Below the pieces are notes generated by a model. That model was not told where the DNA came from. It did not search any database and saw nothing but the letters and a program-made list of their open reading frames with translations. A DNA stretch of 58,198 bases from Candidatus Faecousia intestinavium (lineage in GTDB: Bacteria > Bacillota > Clostridia > Oscillospirales > Oscillospiraceae), in the NCBI GenBank assembly GCA_018715835.1, contig DVKV01000094.1, positions 1-58,198 of the forward strand, written 5' to 3'. Positions 44,272 through 53,664 of the stretch are shown here, in pieces (the first letter of the stretch is position 1; each line of letters begins with the position of its first letter). The position numbers were made by a program, and so were the translations under genes.

Positions 44272-45579
44272 TTACTTGGCCTCGTAGCCGGGCTTACCCA
44301 GCAGCTGGAACATATTGCGCTTGTACAGCTCCACGCCAGGCTGGTTGAAGGGATTGACCCCCAGGATGTAAGCGGAAACGCCGCAGCACAGCTCCAGGAA
44401 GAAGAACAGCTCGCCCACCTTCCGGTCGGTCAGTTCTCCCACATCCATGGTGATCACCGGCACGCCGCCGTCCACATGAGCTGCCAGGGTGCCCAGGAAC
44501 GCCTTTTCATCCACGAAGTCCAGGGTCTTGCCCTCCAGGTAGTTCAGGCCGTCCAGATTCTTCCAGTCGGAGCCGATGGTATACTTCTGGGCAGGAGGAT
44601 CAAAGCGCACCATGGTCTCGAAGATGTTGCGCTGGCCCTGCTGAATCATCTGGCCCAGGGAGTGCAGGTCAGCGGTAAACTCGGCCGTGACGGGGAAGAT
44701 GCCCTTGCCGTCCTTGCCCTCGGACTCGCCGAACAGCTGCTGCCACCAGCCGCCGAACATCTTGAAGCCCGGCTCAAAGGACTCGAAAATCTCCATGACC
44801 TTGCCGCTGCGGTACAGCAGGTTCCGCACAGCGGCGTACTGCCACACCGGGTTTTCAAAGGAGCGCAGATCATAGGCTTCCTTGGCATCCATGGCGCCGT
44901 TCATCAGCTCCATGATGTCGATGCCCGCCACAGCCAGGGGCAGCAGGCCCACAGCGGTGAGGACAGAGAACCGGCCGCCCACATTGGGCGGGATAACGAA
45001 GCTCTCCCAGCCCTCTTCCGTGGCCATCTGCCGCAGAGCGCCCTTGCAGGGGTCGGTGATGGCATAGATCCGGCTCTTGGCGCCGTCGGTGCCGTACTTG
45101 CGCTCCAGCATCCAGCGCAGGGCACGAGTAGCGATGGCCGGCTCGGTGGTGGTGCCGGACTTGGAAATAATGGCAATGGAGAAATCCTTATCCTCCAGCA
45201 GGCGGCACAGCTCGTTCCAGTGCCGGGTGCTCAGGCCGTTGCCGGCGAAGAAGATCTGAGGATTGCCCTTGCCCTTGCCGATGTTGTGGTTGGGACCCTG
45301 GAGCAGCTCAATGGCAGCCCGGGGGCCGAGATAGGAACCGCCGATGCCGATGACCACGAACACATCGGATTCCCGGCGGATTTTCTCCGCGGACATCTGG
45401 ATTCTGCGGATCTCCTGGGTGGCCTCCCGAACGGGCAGCTTCAGCCAGCCCAAAAAGTCGTTGCCCGCGCCGGAGCCGTCCATCAGGGTATCATGGGCAT
45501 CGGAAACTTCCTTCTCCATTGCCAGCAGATCCGGCAGAGACAGCTGACCCCAGACGTTGGAAATATCTACTTTAATCAT
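44272..45579 (-). CDS. pgi: Glucose-6-phosphate isomerase
   Basis: GIGGSYLG, SKSGTTTE, GGRFSV, QLFGESEGK and NPFNQPGVELYK motifs. Confidence 0.97.
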   Translation of the reverse strand: MIKVDISNVWGQLSLPDLLAMEKEVSDAHDTLMDGSGAGNDFLGWLKLPVREATQEIRRIQMSAEKIRRESDVFVVIGIGGSYLGPRAAIELLQGPNHNIGKGKGNPQIFFAGNGLSTRHWNELCRLLEDKDFSIAIISKSGTTTEPAIATRALRWMLERKYGTDGAKSRIYAITDPCKGALRQMATEEGWESFVIPPNVGGRFSVLTAVGLLPLAVAGIDIMELMNGAMDAKEAYDLRSFENPVWQYAAVRNLLYRSGKVMEIFESFEPGFKMFGGWWQQLFGESEGKDGKGIFPVTAEFTADLHSLGQMIQQGQRNIFETMVRFDPPAQKYTIGSDWKNLDGLNYLEGKTLDFVDEKAFLGTLAAHVDGGVPVITMDVGELTDRKVGELFFFLELCCGVSAYILGVNPFNQPGVELYKRNMFQLLGKPGYEAK

Positions 45580-45899
45580 GTTGGTAAAACACGTCCTTTC
45601 CTTCTGTTTCAGCGGGGGATGTCACGTATATGTTACCGCAACTTCCCGGCAAACGCAAGTCCTTTTGTGAAAACTTCTTTTTACGGCGATGCAGGGGGAC
45701 TTGGAAGGAATTGTGTCGGCTTTTTGCATTTTCTACTGGCAATTTCCTGCAGAATATGTATAATATAGACAGATCGCCGCCCTCGGACGCCGTCTGTTCC
45801 CCTGCCGGACAGAGACGGCGGGCCTGCAGGGCAGCCCGGGAACTGCCGGGGCAGCCCCCCGCTTTCCCCGTTTCACATCAATTTCAGGAGGGTTTCACG

Positions 45900-46844
45900 A
45901 TGAAATATGGGTTTGGCATTGACCTGGGCGGAACCACTGTGAAAATCGCCTATTTTGACCAGACCGGCACCATGCTGGACAAGTGGGAAATTCCCACCAA
46001 CACTTCCGACGGCGGCAGACAGATCCTGCCGGACATTGCCGCCTCCATCCAAGGCTACCTGCGTGAGCACGGCATTCCCGACTCGGATATTCTGGGCCTG
46101 GGCATCGGCGTTCCCGGTCCGGTGGACGCCAAGGGCGTGGTCAACAAGTGCGTCAATCTGGGCTGGGGGGTGTTCAACATCTCCGAGACTCTGTCCGGGC
46201 TCACCGGCTTCCCGGTGAAAGCGGGCAACGACGCCAACGTAGCCGCTCTGGGAGAATACTGGAAAGGCGGCGGAAAAGGCTGCAGCAACATGGTCTTCGT
46301 CACCCTGGGCACCGGGGTAGGCGGCGGCATTGTGGTGGAGGGAAATCTGCTCCACGGCGCCCACGGCTCCGGAGCGGAGATCGGGCACCTGGTGCTCAAT
46401 CCCCAGGAGACGGCAGTCTGCAACTGCGGCAAGTTCGGCTGCGCCGAGCAGTATTGCTCCGCCACCGGCATTGTCCGGCTGGCCCGGAACTACCTGAAGG
46501 ACTCCCCCCTGCCCACCGAACTGAAGGACACGGAGAATCTGACCTGCAAGGACATTTTTGACGCGGCCAAGTCTGGCGATCCTGCCGCCACCGCCATTCT
46601 GGAACGGGTGTACGACTATCTGGGCATGCTGCTTGGCAACGTCTGCAGCGTGGTGAACCCGGAGGTGGTGGTCATCGGCGGCGGTGTCAGCAAGGCGGGA
46701 GAGATGCTGCTGGAAGGGGTGGTCCCCTACTTCCAGAAGTATGTGTTCCATGCCGCCTCCGGCGCCCGGTTTGCCCTGGCCTCTCTGGGCAATGACGCGG
46801 GAGCCTATGGCGCTTTCAAGCTGGCGGTGGACGCCTTCTGCTGA
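45900..46844 (+). CDS. glcK: ROK family glucokinase
   Basis: GIDLGGT, GVPGP, NDANVAALGE, TLGTGVGGG and EIGH...CNCG...CAE motifs. Confidence 0.9.
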   Translation: MKYGFGIDLGGTTVKIAYFDQTGTMLDKWEIPTNTSDGGRQILPDIAASIQGYLREHGIPDSDILGLGIGVPGPVDAKGVVNKCVNLGWGVFNISETLSGLTGFPVKAGNDANVAALGEYWKGGGKGCSNMVFVTLGTGVGGGIVVEGNLLHGAHGSGAEIGHLVLNPQETAVCNCGKFGCAEQYCSATGIVRLARNYLKDSPLPTELKDTENLTCKDIFDAAKSGDPAATAILERVYDYLGMLLGNVCSVVNPEVVVIGGGVSKAGEMLLEGVVPYFQKYVFHAASGARFALASLGNDAGAYGAFKLAVDAFC

Positions 46845-46889
46845 TCCATACATAGCGCTTCGGCGGCTGCTTTTTGCAGCCGCCGTTTT

Positions 46890-47813
46890 CTATTCCACGC
46901 CCAGGGCCGCCGCAACCAGAATTCCCAGATTGTCCCGGTAAATCTCCCCGAACTGGGACACTGGCAGGGGATTTTCTCCCTCCCCGCATTCAATGGTAAA
47001 TCCCGGGCGGCCAAAGTCCTGGATGAACCAGTCCTTGTACCCGGCGAAGCTGGAAGCGTAAGGGGTATCCGCCAGGGTGTAGCCGCTGACCCGGGCGAAC
47101 TCCTCTCCCAGTTCTCTGGCTCCCGGCACCGGAATATCCCCGAACTGCCAGTAAATTTCCCGTCCCTGGGTATGAAACGCCAGCACCAGCTCCGGGTCTA
47201 CCGCTTCCGTGTACCGGGCCAGCGCCACGGTCTCCCGCTGGCTCAGAGGGGCCCTGCCCACATAGTCCCGGGGAGCAGGCTTTGTGTATCCCTGACGAAA
47301 TTTGATTTCCCGGGCCTTCAGCCAACCGGCAGGATACTGCAGATTCAGATCCACCCCCAGCAGGTTGGCCTTCCATCCCTGGGGAAAGGGTACCTCCGGA
47401 AAGTCGTCGGCAATCTCCCGGGCCAGGTTGAATTCCTCCGAATCCGGCTCAATGGCCCCGGTCACCAGGTCTACCCCATCCGGGTTCACCATGGGCACCA
47501 GATGAATCCGGGCGGTTTCCAGGATGGTTTCCGCTGGAACACCACGGATGTCCCCTCCTTCCTCAGCGGCCCGGGCCAGCTCCTCGGCAAATTTCAGCAG
47601 CACAGGCGCCGTGATCCACTCGTTGGCGTGGTGGGCGGCGGTGCACAGCAGCTTCCGTTTTCCCTTTCCCAGTTTCAGCGCCGATACCTTCCGTCCAAAG
47701 GCGGTCCGGGTCAGGGTTTCTTTTTCCACCCCCTGAAAGGTCCGGCTCAGTTCTTCCATCGCTTCTTCGCAGCGCCCATAGGTCATGGGCACATCCGTGG
47801 GCACAATTGCCAA
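46890..47813 (-). CDS. M14 zinc peptidase, gamma-D-glutamyl-meso-diaminopimelate peptidase-like
   Basis: HHANE, MVNPDG, WKAN..GVDLN, FHTQG, GYKDWF and FTIE motifs; TTG start at 47813 behind GGAGGTG. Confidence 0.85.
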   Translation of the reverse strand: MAIVPTDVPMTYGRCEEAMEELSRTFQGVEKETLTRTAFGRKVSALKLGKGKRKLLCTAAHHANEWITAPVLLKFAEELARAAEEGGDIRGVPAETILETARIHLVPMVNPDGVDLVTGAIEPDSEEFNLAREIADDFPEVPFPQGWKANLLGVDLNLQYPAGWLKAREIKFRQGYTKPAPRDYVGRAPLSQRETVALARYTEAVDPELVLAFHTQGREIYWQFGDIPVPGARELGEEFARVSGYTLADTPYASSFAGYKDWFIQDFGRPGFTIECGEGENPLPVSQFGEIYRDNLGILVAAALGVE

Positions 47814-47830
47814 AGAAATCACCTCCCGGA

Positions 47831-47859
47831 AAACTATGCCCGGGAGGTGCAGGTTATGC
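47831..47859 (-). promoter_or_regulatory. Putative sigmaE promoter
   Basis: Minus strand GCATAAC-N14-CATAGTTT. Confidence 0.55.
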
Positions 47860-47862
47860 GTT

Positions 47863-48969
47863 TTACAGTTCCAGTTTCAGGTCTTGTTCTCCAATCCAGC
47901 CCCATTTGCGCAGCACCTGGCAGAAAATCCAGCTGAGCACAGCGGGCAGCACAAAGCAAATCAGCGCCAGTCCCGCCCAGTCCATGGCCGTGATACCGCT
48001 TTTGACCCCGGCAGCCATGTCGCTGACCCAGCCGGTGTATACGCCGATCTGTCCCACAAAGCCGCAGGTGCCCATGCCTGAAGATACCGCGGCACCATTC
48101 ATCTCCAGCCGGAACAGGCAGGTGGCCAGGGGGCCTGTAATGGCGGAGGCAAGCGTGGGAGGAATCCAGATTCTGGGATTTTTCACAATGTTGGGCATCT
48201 GCAGCATACTGGTGCCCACCCCCTGGGCCACCAGACCGCCCCACCGGTTTTCCCGGAAACTCATCACCGCAAAGCCCACCATCTGGGCGCAGCATCCTGC
48301 CACAGCCGCCCCGCCGGCCAGCCCCGTCAGTCCCAGGGCAGCGCAGATGGCGGCAGAGGAAATGGGCAGCGTCAGGGCAACGCCGATTACCACCGACACC
48401 ACAATGCCCATCCAGAAGGGCTGGAGCACCGTGGCCCACTTGACAAAGTCGCCCACCGCCGAAGCTGCCGCGCCGATGGGCGCCGCAATCACGCTGGCAA
48501 GGCCCACCCCCACCAGTACCGTCACAATGGGGGTTACCAGAATGTCCACCTTGGTCTCCTTGGACACCAGCTTGCCGCATTCCGCTGCCCCGATGGCCAC
48601 AAAGTACACCGCCAGCGGTCCTCCCGCCCCGCCCATGGCGTTGGCGGCGAAGCCCACGGGAATCAGGGAAAACAGCACCATGGACGGGCAGTGCAGGGCA
48701 AAGCCGATGGCCACTGCGATTCCCGGCCCCACCATAGCAGAAGCCAAGCCGCCGATGGTGTAGCCCACCGCTCCTTCCCCAGTGCCGATGGTGACAATGA
48801 TCCGGTTGAGGAACCCGATTGCGAATTGCTGTCCGATGGTATTGAGGATGGTGCCCACCAGCAGCGTGCAGAACAGCCCCTGGGCCATAGCCCCCAGGGC
48901 ATCGATTCCATAGCGCTGCATGGACGGCACAACATCTTTTCGTCCCAAAAACTTTCTGATTTTCTCCAT
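47863..48969 (-). CDS. PTS EIIC-like membrane protein (PfoR/PfoS family)
   Basis: DALGAMAQGLF, KETKVDILVTP, LTLPISSAA, GTSMLQMPNI and SGMGTCG motifs. Confidence 0.8.
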   Translation of the reverse strand: MEKIRKFLGRKDVVPSMQRYGIDALGAMAQGLFCTLLVGTILNTIGQQFAIGFLNRIIVTIGTGEGAVGYTIGGLASAMVGPGIAVAIGFALHCPSMVLFSLIPVGFAANAMGGAGGPLAVYFVAIGAAECGKLVSKETKVDILVTPIVTVLVGVGLASVIAAPIGAAASAVGDFVKWATVLQPFWMGIVVSVVIGVALTLPISSAAICAALGLTGLAGGAAVAGCCAQMVGFAVMSFRENRWGGLVAQGVGTSMLQMPNIVKNPRIWIPPTLASAITGPLATCLFRLEMNGAAVSSGMGTCGFVGQIGVYTGWVSDMAAGVKSGITAMDWAGLALICFVLPAVLSWIFCQVLRKWGWIGEQDLKLEL

Positions 48970-49111
48970 GATTTCCCCCTCTTTCCCGGGCTTTTTATTC
49001 ATTATACAGGGGTTTTCCGGGAAGTCAAGACAATGCCCATATCCCGCGGTTGCGCCCCGGGCCGGAACGTGGTATACTGGGGAAAACACACGGGAAGGAT
49101 TCTGAAGCTCT

Positions 49112-49525
49112 ATGATACAGCCATTGGTACACGACCCCATCCTGCTTGTCCGGCAGTCCCAGACTGCCGGGCCGGAGGATCTGCCCGCCCTGGCAGACCT
49201 TCTGGACACCTTCCGGGCCCACCGGGAAACCTGTGTGGGCATGGCCGCCAATATGATCGGCGTGACAAAGCGGATCATCGTCTTTGACCAGGAGGGAACG
49301 GAGCAGGCGATGCTGAACCCGGAGATCCTCTCCTCCCAGGGGCCCTACGATGCCCAGGAGAGCTGCCTTTCCCTGCTGGGCGGTCCCCGGTCCTGCCGCC
49401 GGTATGAGAAAATCAAGGTCCGCTGGCAGACCCCGGACTTTCAGACCCGGATCAAAACCTTCACCGGTTTCACCGCCCAGATCATCCAGCACGAAATCGA
49501 CCACCTGAACGGGGTGCTGATCTGA
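49112..49525 (+). CDS. def: Peptide deformylase-like protein (short variant)
   Basis: CVGMAANMIG, ESCLS and QHEIDH motifs. Confidence 0.8.
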   Translation: MIQPLVHDPILLVRQSQTAGPEDLPALADLLDTFRAHRETCVGMAANMIGVTKRIIVFDQEGTEQAMLNPEILSSQGPYDAQESCLSLLGGPRSCRRYEKIKVRWQTPDFQTRIKTFTGFTAQIIQHEIDHLNGVLI

Positions 49526-50082
49526 TGGAAATTTCGGTCATCCGGTCTGCTCGGAAAACCATGTCCCTGGAAATCACCGCCGCCGGAAATGTGGTAGTCC
49601 GCTGCCCCCGGCGGATGCCCCAGAGGGAAATTGCCCGGTTCGTGGAGGAAAAGCGGCCCTGGCTGGAGCGGCACCTGGAAAAGCTGGCCCGTCAGCCCCG
49701 GCTGCCGGTTCTGACCCCGGAGGAACTCCGGGCACTGGCAAAGCAGGCCGCCCGGGATTTACCGGAGCGGACGGCGTATTTCGCCCGGCTGCTGGATGTG
49801 ACCTACGGCCGGATCACCATCCGCAGTCAGCGCACCCGCTGGGGCAGCTGTTCGGCGGCAGGGAATCTGAACTTCAACTGTCTGCTGATGCTCACACCTG
49901 GGGAAATCCGGGACTATGTGGTGGTCCATGAGCTGTGCCACCGGAAGGAACTGAACCACTCGGCCCGGTTCTGGAATCTGGTAGAAGAGGTGCTGCCAGA
50001 CTACCGTACCCGGCGGCAGTGGCTGAAGGATCACGGCGGCAGCCTGATTGCCCGGCTGCCGGAAAAGGAGGAGCGTTCATGA
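49525..50082 (+). CDS. YgjP/DUF45 (M48-like) metallo-hydrolase
   Basis: RSARKT, RWGSCS and YVVVHELCH...NHS motifs. Confidence 0.85.
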   Translation: MEISVIRSARKTMSLEITAAGNVVVRCPRRMPQREIARFVEEKRPWLERHLEKLARQPRLPVLTPEELRALAKQAARDLPERTAYFARLLDVTYGRITIRSQRTRWGSCSAAGNLNFNCLLMLTPGEIRDYVVVHELCHRKELNHSARFWNLVEEVLPDYRTRRQWLKDHGGSLIARLPEKEERS

Positions 50083-50852
50083 AACTGGTGGTCCTGGAAG
50101 AGAATACCGCCTGCTGTCCCGGCGTCACGGCGGAACACGGCTTGAGCTTGTACCTGGAGACGGGAACCCACCGGATTCTCTTCGACATGGGCCAGACCGG
50201 GGCCTTTGCCGAAAACGCCGCCGCTCTGGGCGTCGATCTTGCTCGGGTGGACTTTGCCGTGATTTCCCACGGCCACTACGACCACACCGGAGGGCTAGCC
50301 CGGTTTCTGGAGCTTAATTCCACAGCCCCGGTGTATCTCAGCCCCTTCGCCCCGGAGCCCCACTATAACGCCAAAGACGCCTTCATCGGCATGACCCTGC
50401 CGGAACGTGACCGGGAGCGGCTGATTTTCTGCCCTGACGGCTTTTCCCCCGCCCCGGGGATGATTTTGAAAAACACCATTTCCTGCACTTTTCCCATAGA
50501 ACCCTATGGGCTGCAGATGGAGCAGGAGGGCCGCCGGGTCCCCGAGGACTTCCGCCACGAGCAGTACCTGGAAATCCGGGAGGGAACCCGGCGGATTCTG
50601 GTCAGCGGCTGCTCCCACCGGGGAATTCAGAACATCTCCAGGTACTTCTCCCCGGACATTCTCATCGGCGGCTTTCACCTGATGAAACAGGAAGACCCCC
50701 GGGCTTTGGCCCGGATTGCCCAGGACCTGCTTCGGCTACCCCCGGTGTATTACACCGGCCACTGTACCGGGCTGGCCCAGTATGACATTCTGAAAGAGGG
50801 GATGGGCAGCCGGCTGCACCGCCTGTCCACCGGCATGACGCTGAACATCTGA
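50079..50852 (+). CDS. MBL-fold metallo-hydrolase
   Basis: EHGLS, SHGHYDHTGG, GCSHRG, GGFH and GHCTG motifs. Confidence 0.88.
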   Translation: MKLVVLEENTACCPGVTAEHGLSLYLETGTHRILFDMGQTGAFAENAAALGVDLARVDFAVISHGHYDHTGGLARFLELNSTAPVYLSPFAPEPHYNAKDAFIGMTLPERDRERLIFCPDGFSPAPGMILKNTISCTFPIEPYGLQMEQEGRRVPEDFRHEQYLEIREGTRRILVSGCSHRGIQNISRYFSPDILIGGFHLMKQEDPRALARIAQDLLRLPPVYYTGHCTGLAQYDILKEGMGSRLHRLSTGMTLNI

Positions 50853-50919
50853 AATGAACTTGACAGTTTTCTTTTTTCCTTGTTATAATGAAATCAGCAA
50901 AGAAAAGGAGGGATCTCCC

Positions 50920-51093
50920 GTGAAAACCTGGTATCTTCTTCTGGGCATTGTCTCTGCCCTGCTGCTGATCGGCAGCCTTCCCCTCCGGGAATTCTGCGGT
51001 CCCGTCGCCGGGGATATTTCCCGGGTTCTGGGTTTCGTCGGGCTGGGGGCCTATCTTCTGCTGCAATACAAAGGTTGGAAAGAAACCGAATAA
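50920..51093 (+). CDS. Small two-TM membrane protein (57 aa)
   Basis: GTG start behind AAGGAGG; promoter TTGACA-N18-TATAAT at 50860-50889; hydrophobic. Confidence 0.65.
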   Translation: MKTWYLLLGIVSALLLIGSLPLREFCGPVAGDISRVLGFVGLGAYLLLQYKGWKETE

Positions 51094-51126
51094 CAAAACC
51101 CGGCGGTGATATCTCACCTTCGGGTT

Positions 51127-51326
51127 AGCGTTTCAAAGAGTACAGTTTTTTCACCGCCGTTGGTGACAACGTAATTTTTAAACAATGTTCCGCCGGGGCA
51201 TGTACCTGGCGGAACATACTTTACAGGCTGCAAGTGTGGAATTTTCCCCCACCGGGGGACAAATGATACGCGCAGCAGACTGCAAAAACCTGTCGGAAAG
51301 CCCCGAAGGGGTTTTTCGGCAGTCTG
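51127..51326 (-). mobile_element. MITE copy 2, flanked by a 30-bp duplicated hairpin
   Basis: Inverted homologue of 7013-7258; flanks 51097-51126 and 51327-51356 match at 26 of 30 nt. Confidence 0.8.
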
Positions 51327-51343
51327 AACCCGGCGGTGAAGTC

Positions 51344-51949
51344 TCACCGCCGGGTTTTCCATGCCAGCAGCCGGAGCAGATCCTCCGGACTGTCCACATC
51401 CTGCAATTCTTCCGCCCCCGCAGCAATGGTGCGCAGCCGTCCGGGATACTGTTTTGCCACAAATCCGCCGCCCTTTCCTGGAGGCAAGGCCATCAGCTCC
51501 GGGAACAGCTCCCAGGGGAACCACACCGGGGACCCGGGAGTTCCCTGAAAAGCGGGCCGCCAGATGGTGCCGGGATTATCCAACCCCTGTTTCACCAACG
51601 CCACCACCGTTTCTTTTTTCAGCAAGGGCTGATCTCCGGGACAGAACAGGCACCCGGCAGCTTCCCCCAACGCCTGCAGACCCAGCCGGACGGTGTCGCT
51701 GCGCAGAGGCAGGTCATGGAGTACCACGGCAATCCCCCACTCCCGGGCCAGATTTGCCACCTCCCGGTGCCGGGTCACCACCACCCGGGCATCAAACAGT
51801 CCCTCCGTTGCCCGGAATGCCCGGCAGATCAAAGGCTCTCCCCCGAAATCCGCCAGCAGTTTGTTCCCTCCGAACCGCCTTCCCAGGCCGGAGGCCATAA
51901 TCACGCAGCCCGCCCCCTTCTGGGGGGCGTTTTCACAACTCTTCTCCAT
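51344..51949 (-). CDS. mocA: Molybdenum cofactor cytidylyltransferase (MocA/YgfJ family)
   Basis: IMASGLGRRFGGNKLL, GDQP, GSPVWF and DVD motifs; next to xdh genes. Confidence 0.8.
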   Translation of the reverse strand: MEKSCENAPQKGAGCVIMASGLGRRFGGNKLLADFGGEPLICRAFRATEGLFDARVVVTRHREVANLAREWGIAVVLHDLPLRSDTVRLGLQALGEAAGCLFCPGDQPLLKKETVVALVKQGLDNPGTIWRPAFQGTPGSPVWFPWELFPELMALPPGKGGGFVAKQYPGRLRTIAAGAEELQDVDSPEDLLRLLAWKTRR

Positions 51950-52274
51950 AAAACTTCTGGTACAGCTGCCGGTTTGCCTGGATGCAGGCGTCCCGGTAGG
52001 CTTCGTAGCGTTCCAGCCACTCCTTTCCCTGGGGGGTCAGGCAGCTGCCGCCCCCATGCTTTCCCCCGGCGCTTCGCTGGGTCAGGGGGAACCCCAGGGT
52101 CTGCTCCGCGCGCTTGAGCAGCCGCAGGGCCTTGGTATAGGCCATGTCCATGGATGCGGCGGCAGCGTGAAGGGAACCGGTTTCTGCCACTCCCCGCAGC
52201 AGCCGGCAGGGGCCCTCTCCGAAAAACTTCTCTCCCCGGTCGTCCAGAAATACAATGCGGGTCCGCACTTTCAT
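51933..52274 (-). CDS. ModE N-terminal-type winged-helix regulator (no molybdate-binding domain)
   Basis: FFGEGP, TGSLHAAAASMDMAYTKA and GGKHGGGSCLT motifs; 113 aa. Confidence 0.85.
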   Translation of the reverse strand: MKVRTRIVFLDDRGEKFFGEGPCRLLRGVAETGSLHAAAASMDMAYTKALRLLKRAEQTLGFPLTQRSAGGKHGGGSCLTPQGKEWLERYEAYRDACIQANRQLYQKFYGEEL

Positions 52275-52407
52275 TCCTTCTCCCTCCCAAAGCGGTCGGA
52301 TTCCGTAAAATTCTGAGAGAATTATAACAATTTCTCTTCCCAAAATCAAGATATGTGGTATACTGACAATAGAAAATGGGGAAGACCCGGCAAAAGGAGA
52401 TATCACC

Positions 52408-53199
52408 ATGAGGAACATACAGAACTATGTTCGCCCCAAGACCCTGGAGGAGGCCTATACCCTGAACCAGCGCCGCAGCAGCCGGATTCTGGGCGGGATG
52501 CTCTGGACCAGACTGGGCAGGGGCACCATTCAGACAGCCATCGACCTGTGTGACCTGGGGCTGGATACCATCACCGAAACCCCGGAGGCGTTTTCCATCG
52601 GCGCCATGGTCACCCTGCGCCAGATCGAGCAGCATCCGGGCCTGAACGCCTACACCCAGGGTGCCGCTGCCGCCGCGGTAAAGGACATTGTGGGCGTACA
52701 ATTTCGCAATCTGGCTACGGTGGGCGGCAGCCTGTGGGGCCGGTTCGGCTTTTCCGATGTGCTGACGGTGTTTCAGACCATGGATGCCTTCGTGGAACTC
52801 TACAAAGGCGGTGTGGTTTCTCTGGAGGAATTCGCCCGGCGCAAGCCCGACCGGGACATTCTGGTCCGACTGATCGTGAAGAAAACCCCCGGGAAATTTG
52901 TCTACCGGGCCATGCGCAACCAGCGCACGGATTTTCCGGTGCTTGCCTGCGCCCTGTCCTGTGTGGATGGAGAATACCGGCTGTCCGTGGGTGCCCGCCC
53001 GGGCCGGGCAGTGGTTGTCCGGGATGAGAAAGGCCTGCTCAGCGGCGGCATTACCCAGGAAAGCGCCCAGGCCTTCGCCGATTACGCCGCTGAAAGCATT
53101 CCCACGCAGGGCAATCTGCGGGGCAGCGCACAGTATCGCACCCACCTGATCCGGGTCCTGACCCGGCGCAATGTTCTGGAACTGGGAGGGATGGCATAA
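52408..53199 (+). CDS. Xanthine dehydrogenase family FAD-binding subunit
   Basis: RPKTLEEA, IGAMVTL, QFRNLATVGG and RGSAQYR motifs. Confidence 0.88.
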   Translation: MRNIQNYVRPKTLEEAYTLNQRRSSRILGGMLWTRLGRGTIQTAIDLCDLGLDTITETPEAFSIGAMVTLRQIEQHPGLNAYTQGAAAAAVKDIVGVQFRNLATVGGSLWGRFGFSDVLTVFQTMDAFVELYKGGVVSLEEFARRKPDRDILVRLIVKKTPGKFVYRAMRNQRTDFPVLACALSCVDGEYRLSVGARPGRAVVVRDEKGLLSGGITQESAQAFADYAAESIPTQGNLRGSAQYRTHLIRVLTRRNVLELGGMA

Positions 53200-53654
53200 T
53201 GGAGATCAAACTCACACTCAACGGAAAGCCTCTTTCCGCCTCTGTGGCCCCGGACTGTATGCTGCTGGATTTTCTCCGGGAGCATGGCTGCTACAGCGTG
53301 AAGCGGGGCTGCGACACCAGCAACTGCGGTCTGTGTACCGTGCTGATGGACGGAAAGCCCGTTCTGTCCTGCTCGGTGCTGGCAGTCCGGGCGGACGGTC
53401 ACAGCGTCCAGACCCTGGAAGGGCTCCAGGAGGAAGCTAAGGACTTTGTGGGCTTCATCGCCGACCAGGGCTCCGACCAGTGCGGCTTCTGCAATCCCGG
53501 GTTCGTGATGAACACCATCGCCCTGCTCCGGGAGAATCCGGACCCTACAGATGACGAAATCCGTGCCTACCTGGCGGGAAATCTGTGCCGCTGCTCCGGC
53601 TATGACGGCCAGCTCCGGGGCATTCGCAGCTATCTCAACAGCCGCAAGGGATAA
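53199..53654 (+). CDS. Xanthine dehydrogenase family 2[2Fe-2S] subunit
   Basis: GCDTSNCGLC...SC, QCGFCNPG and NLCRC motifs. Confidence 0.92.
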   Translation: MEIKLTLNGKPLSASVAPDCMLLDFLREHGCYSVKRGCDTSNCGLCTVLMDGKPVLSCSVLAVRADGHSVQTLEGLQEEAKDFVGFIADQGSDQCGFCNPGFVMNTIALLRENPDPTDDEIRAYLAGNLCRCSGYDGQLRGIRSYLNSRKG

Positions 53655-53664
53655 GGAGGTTACC

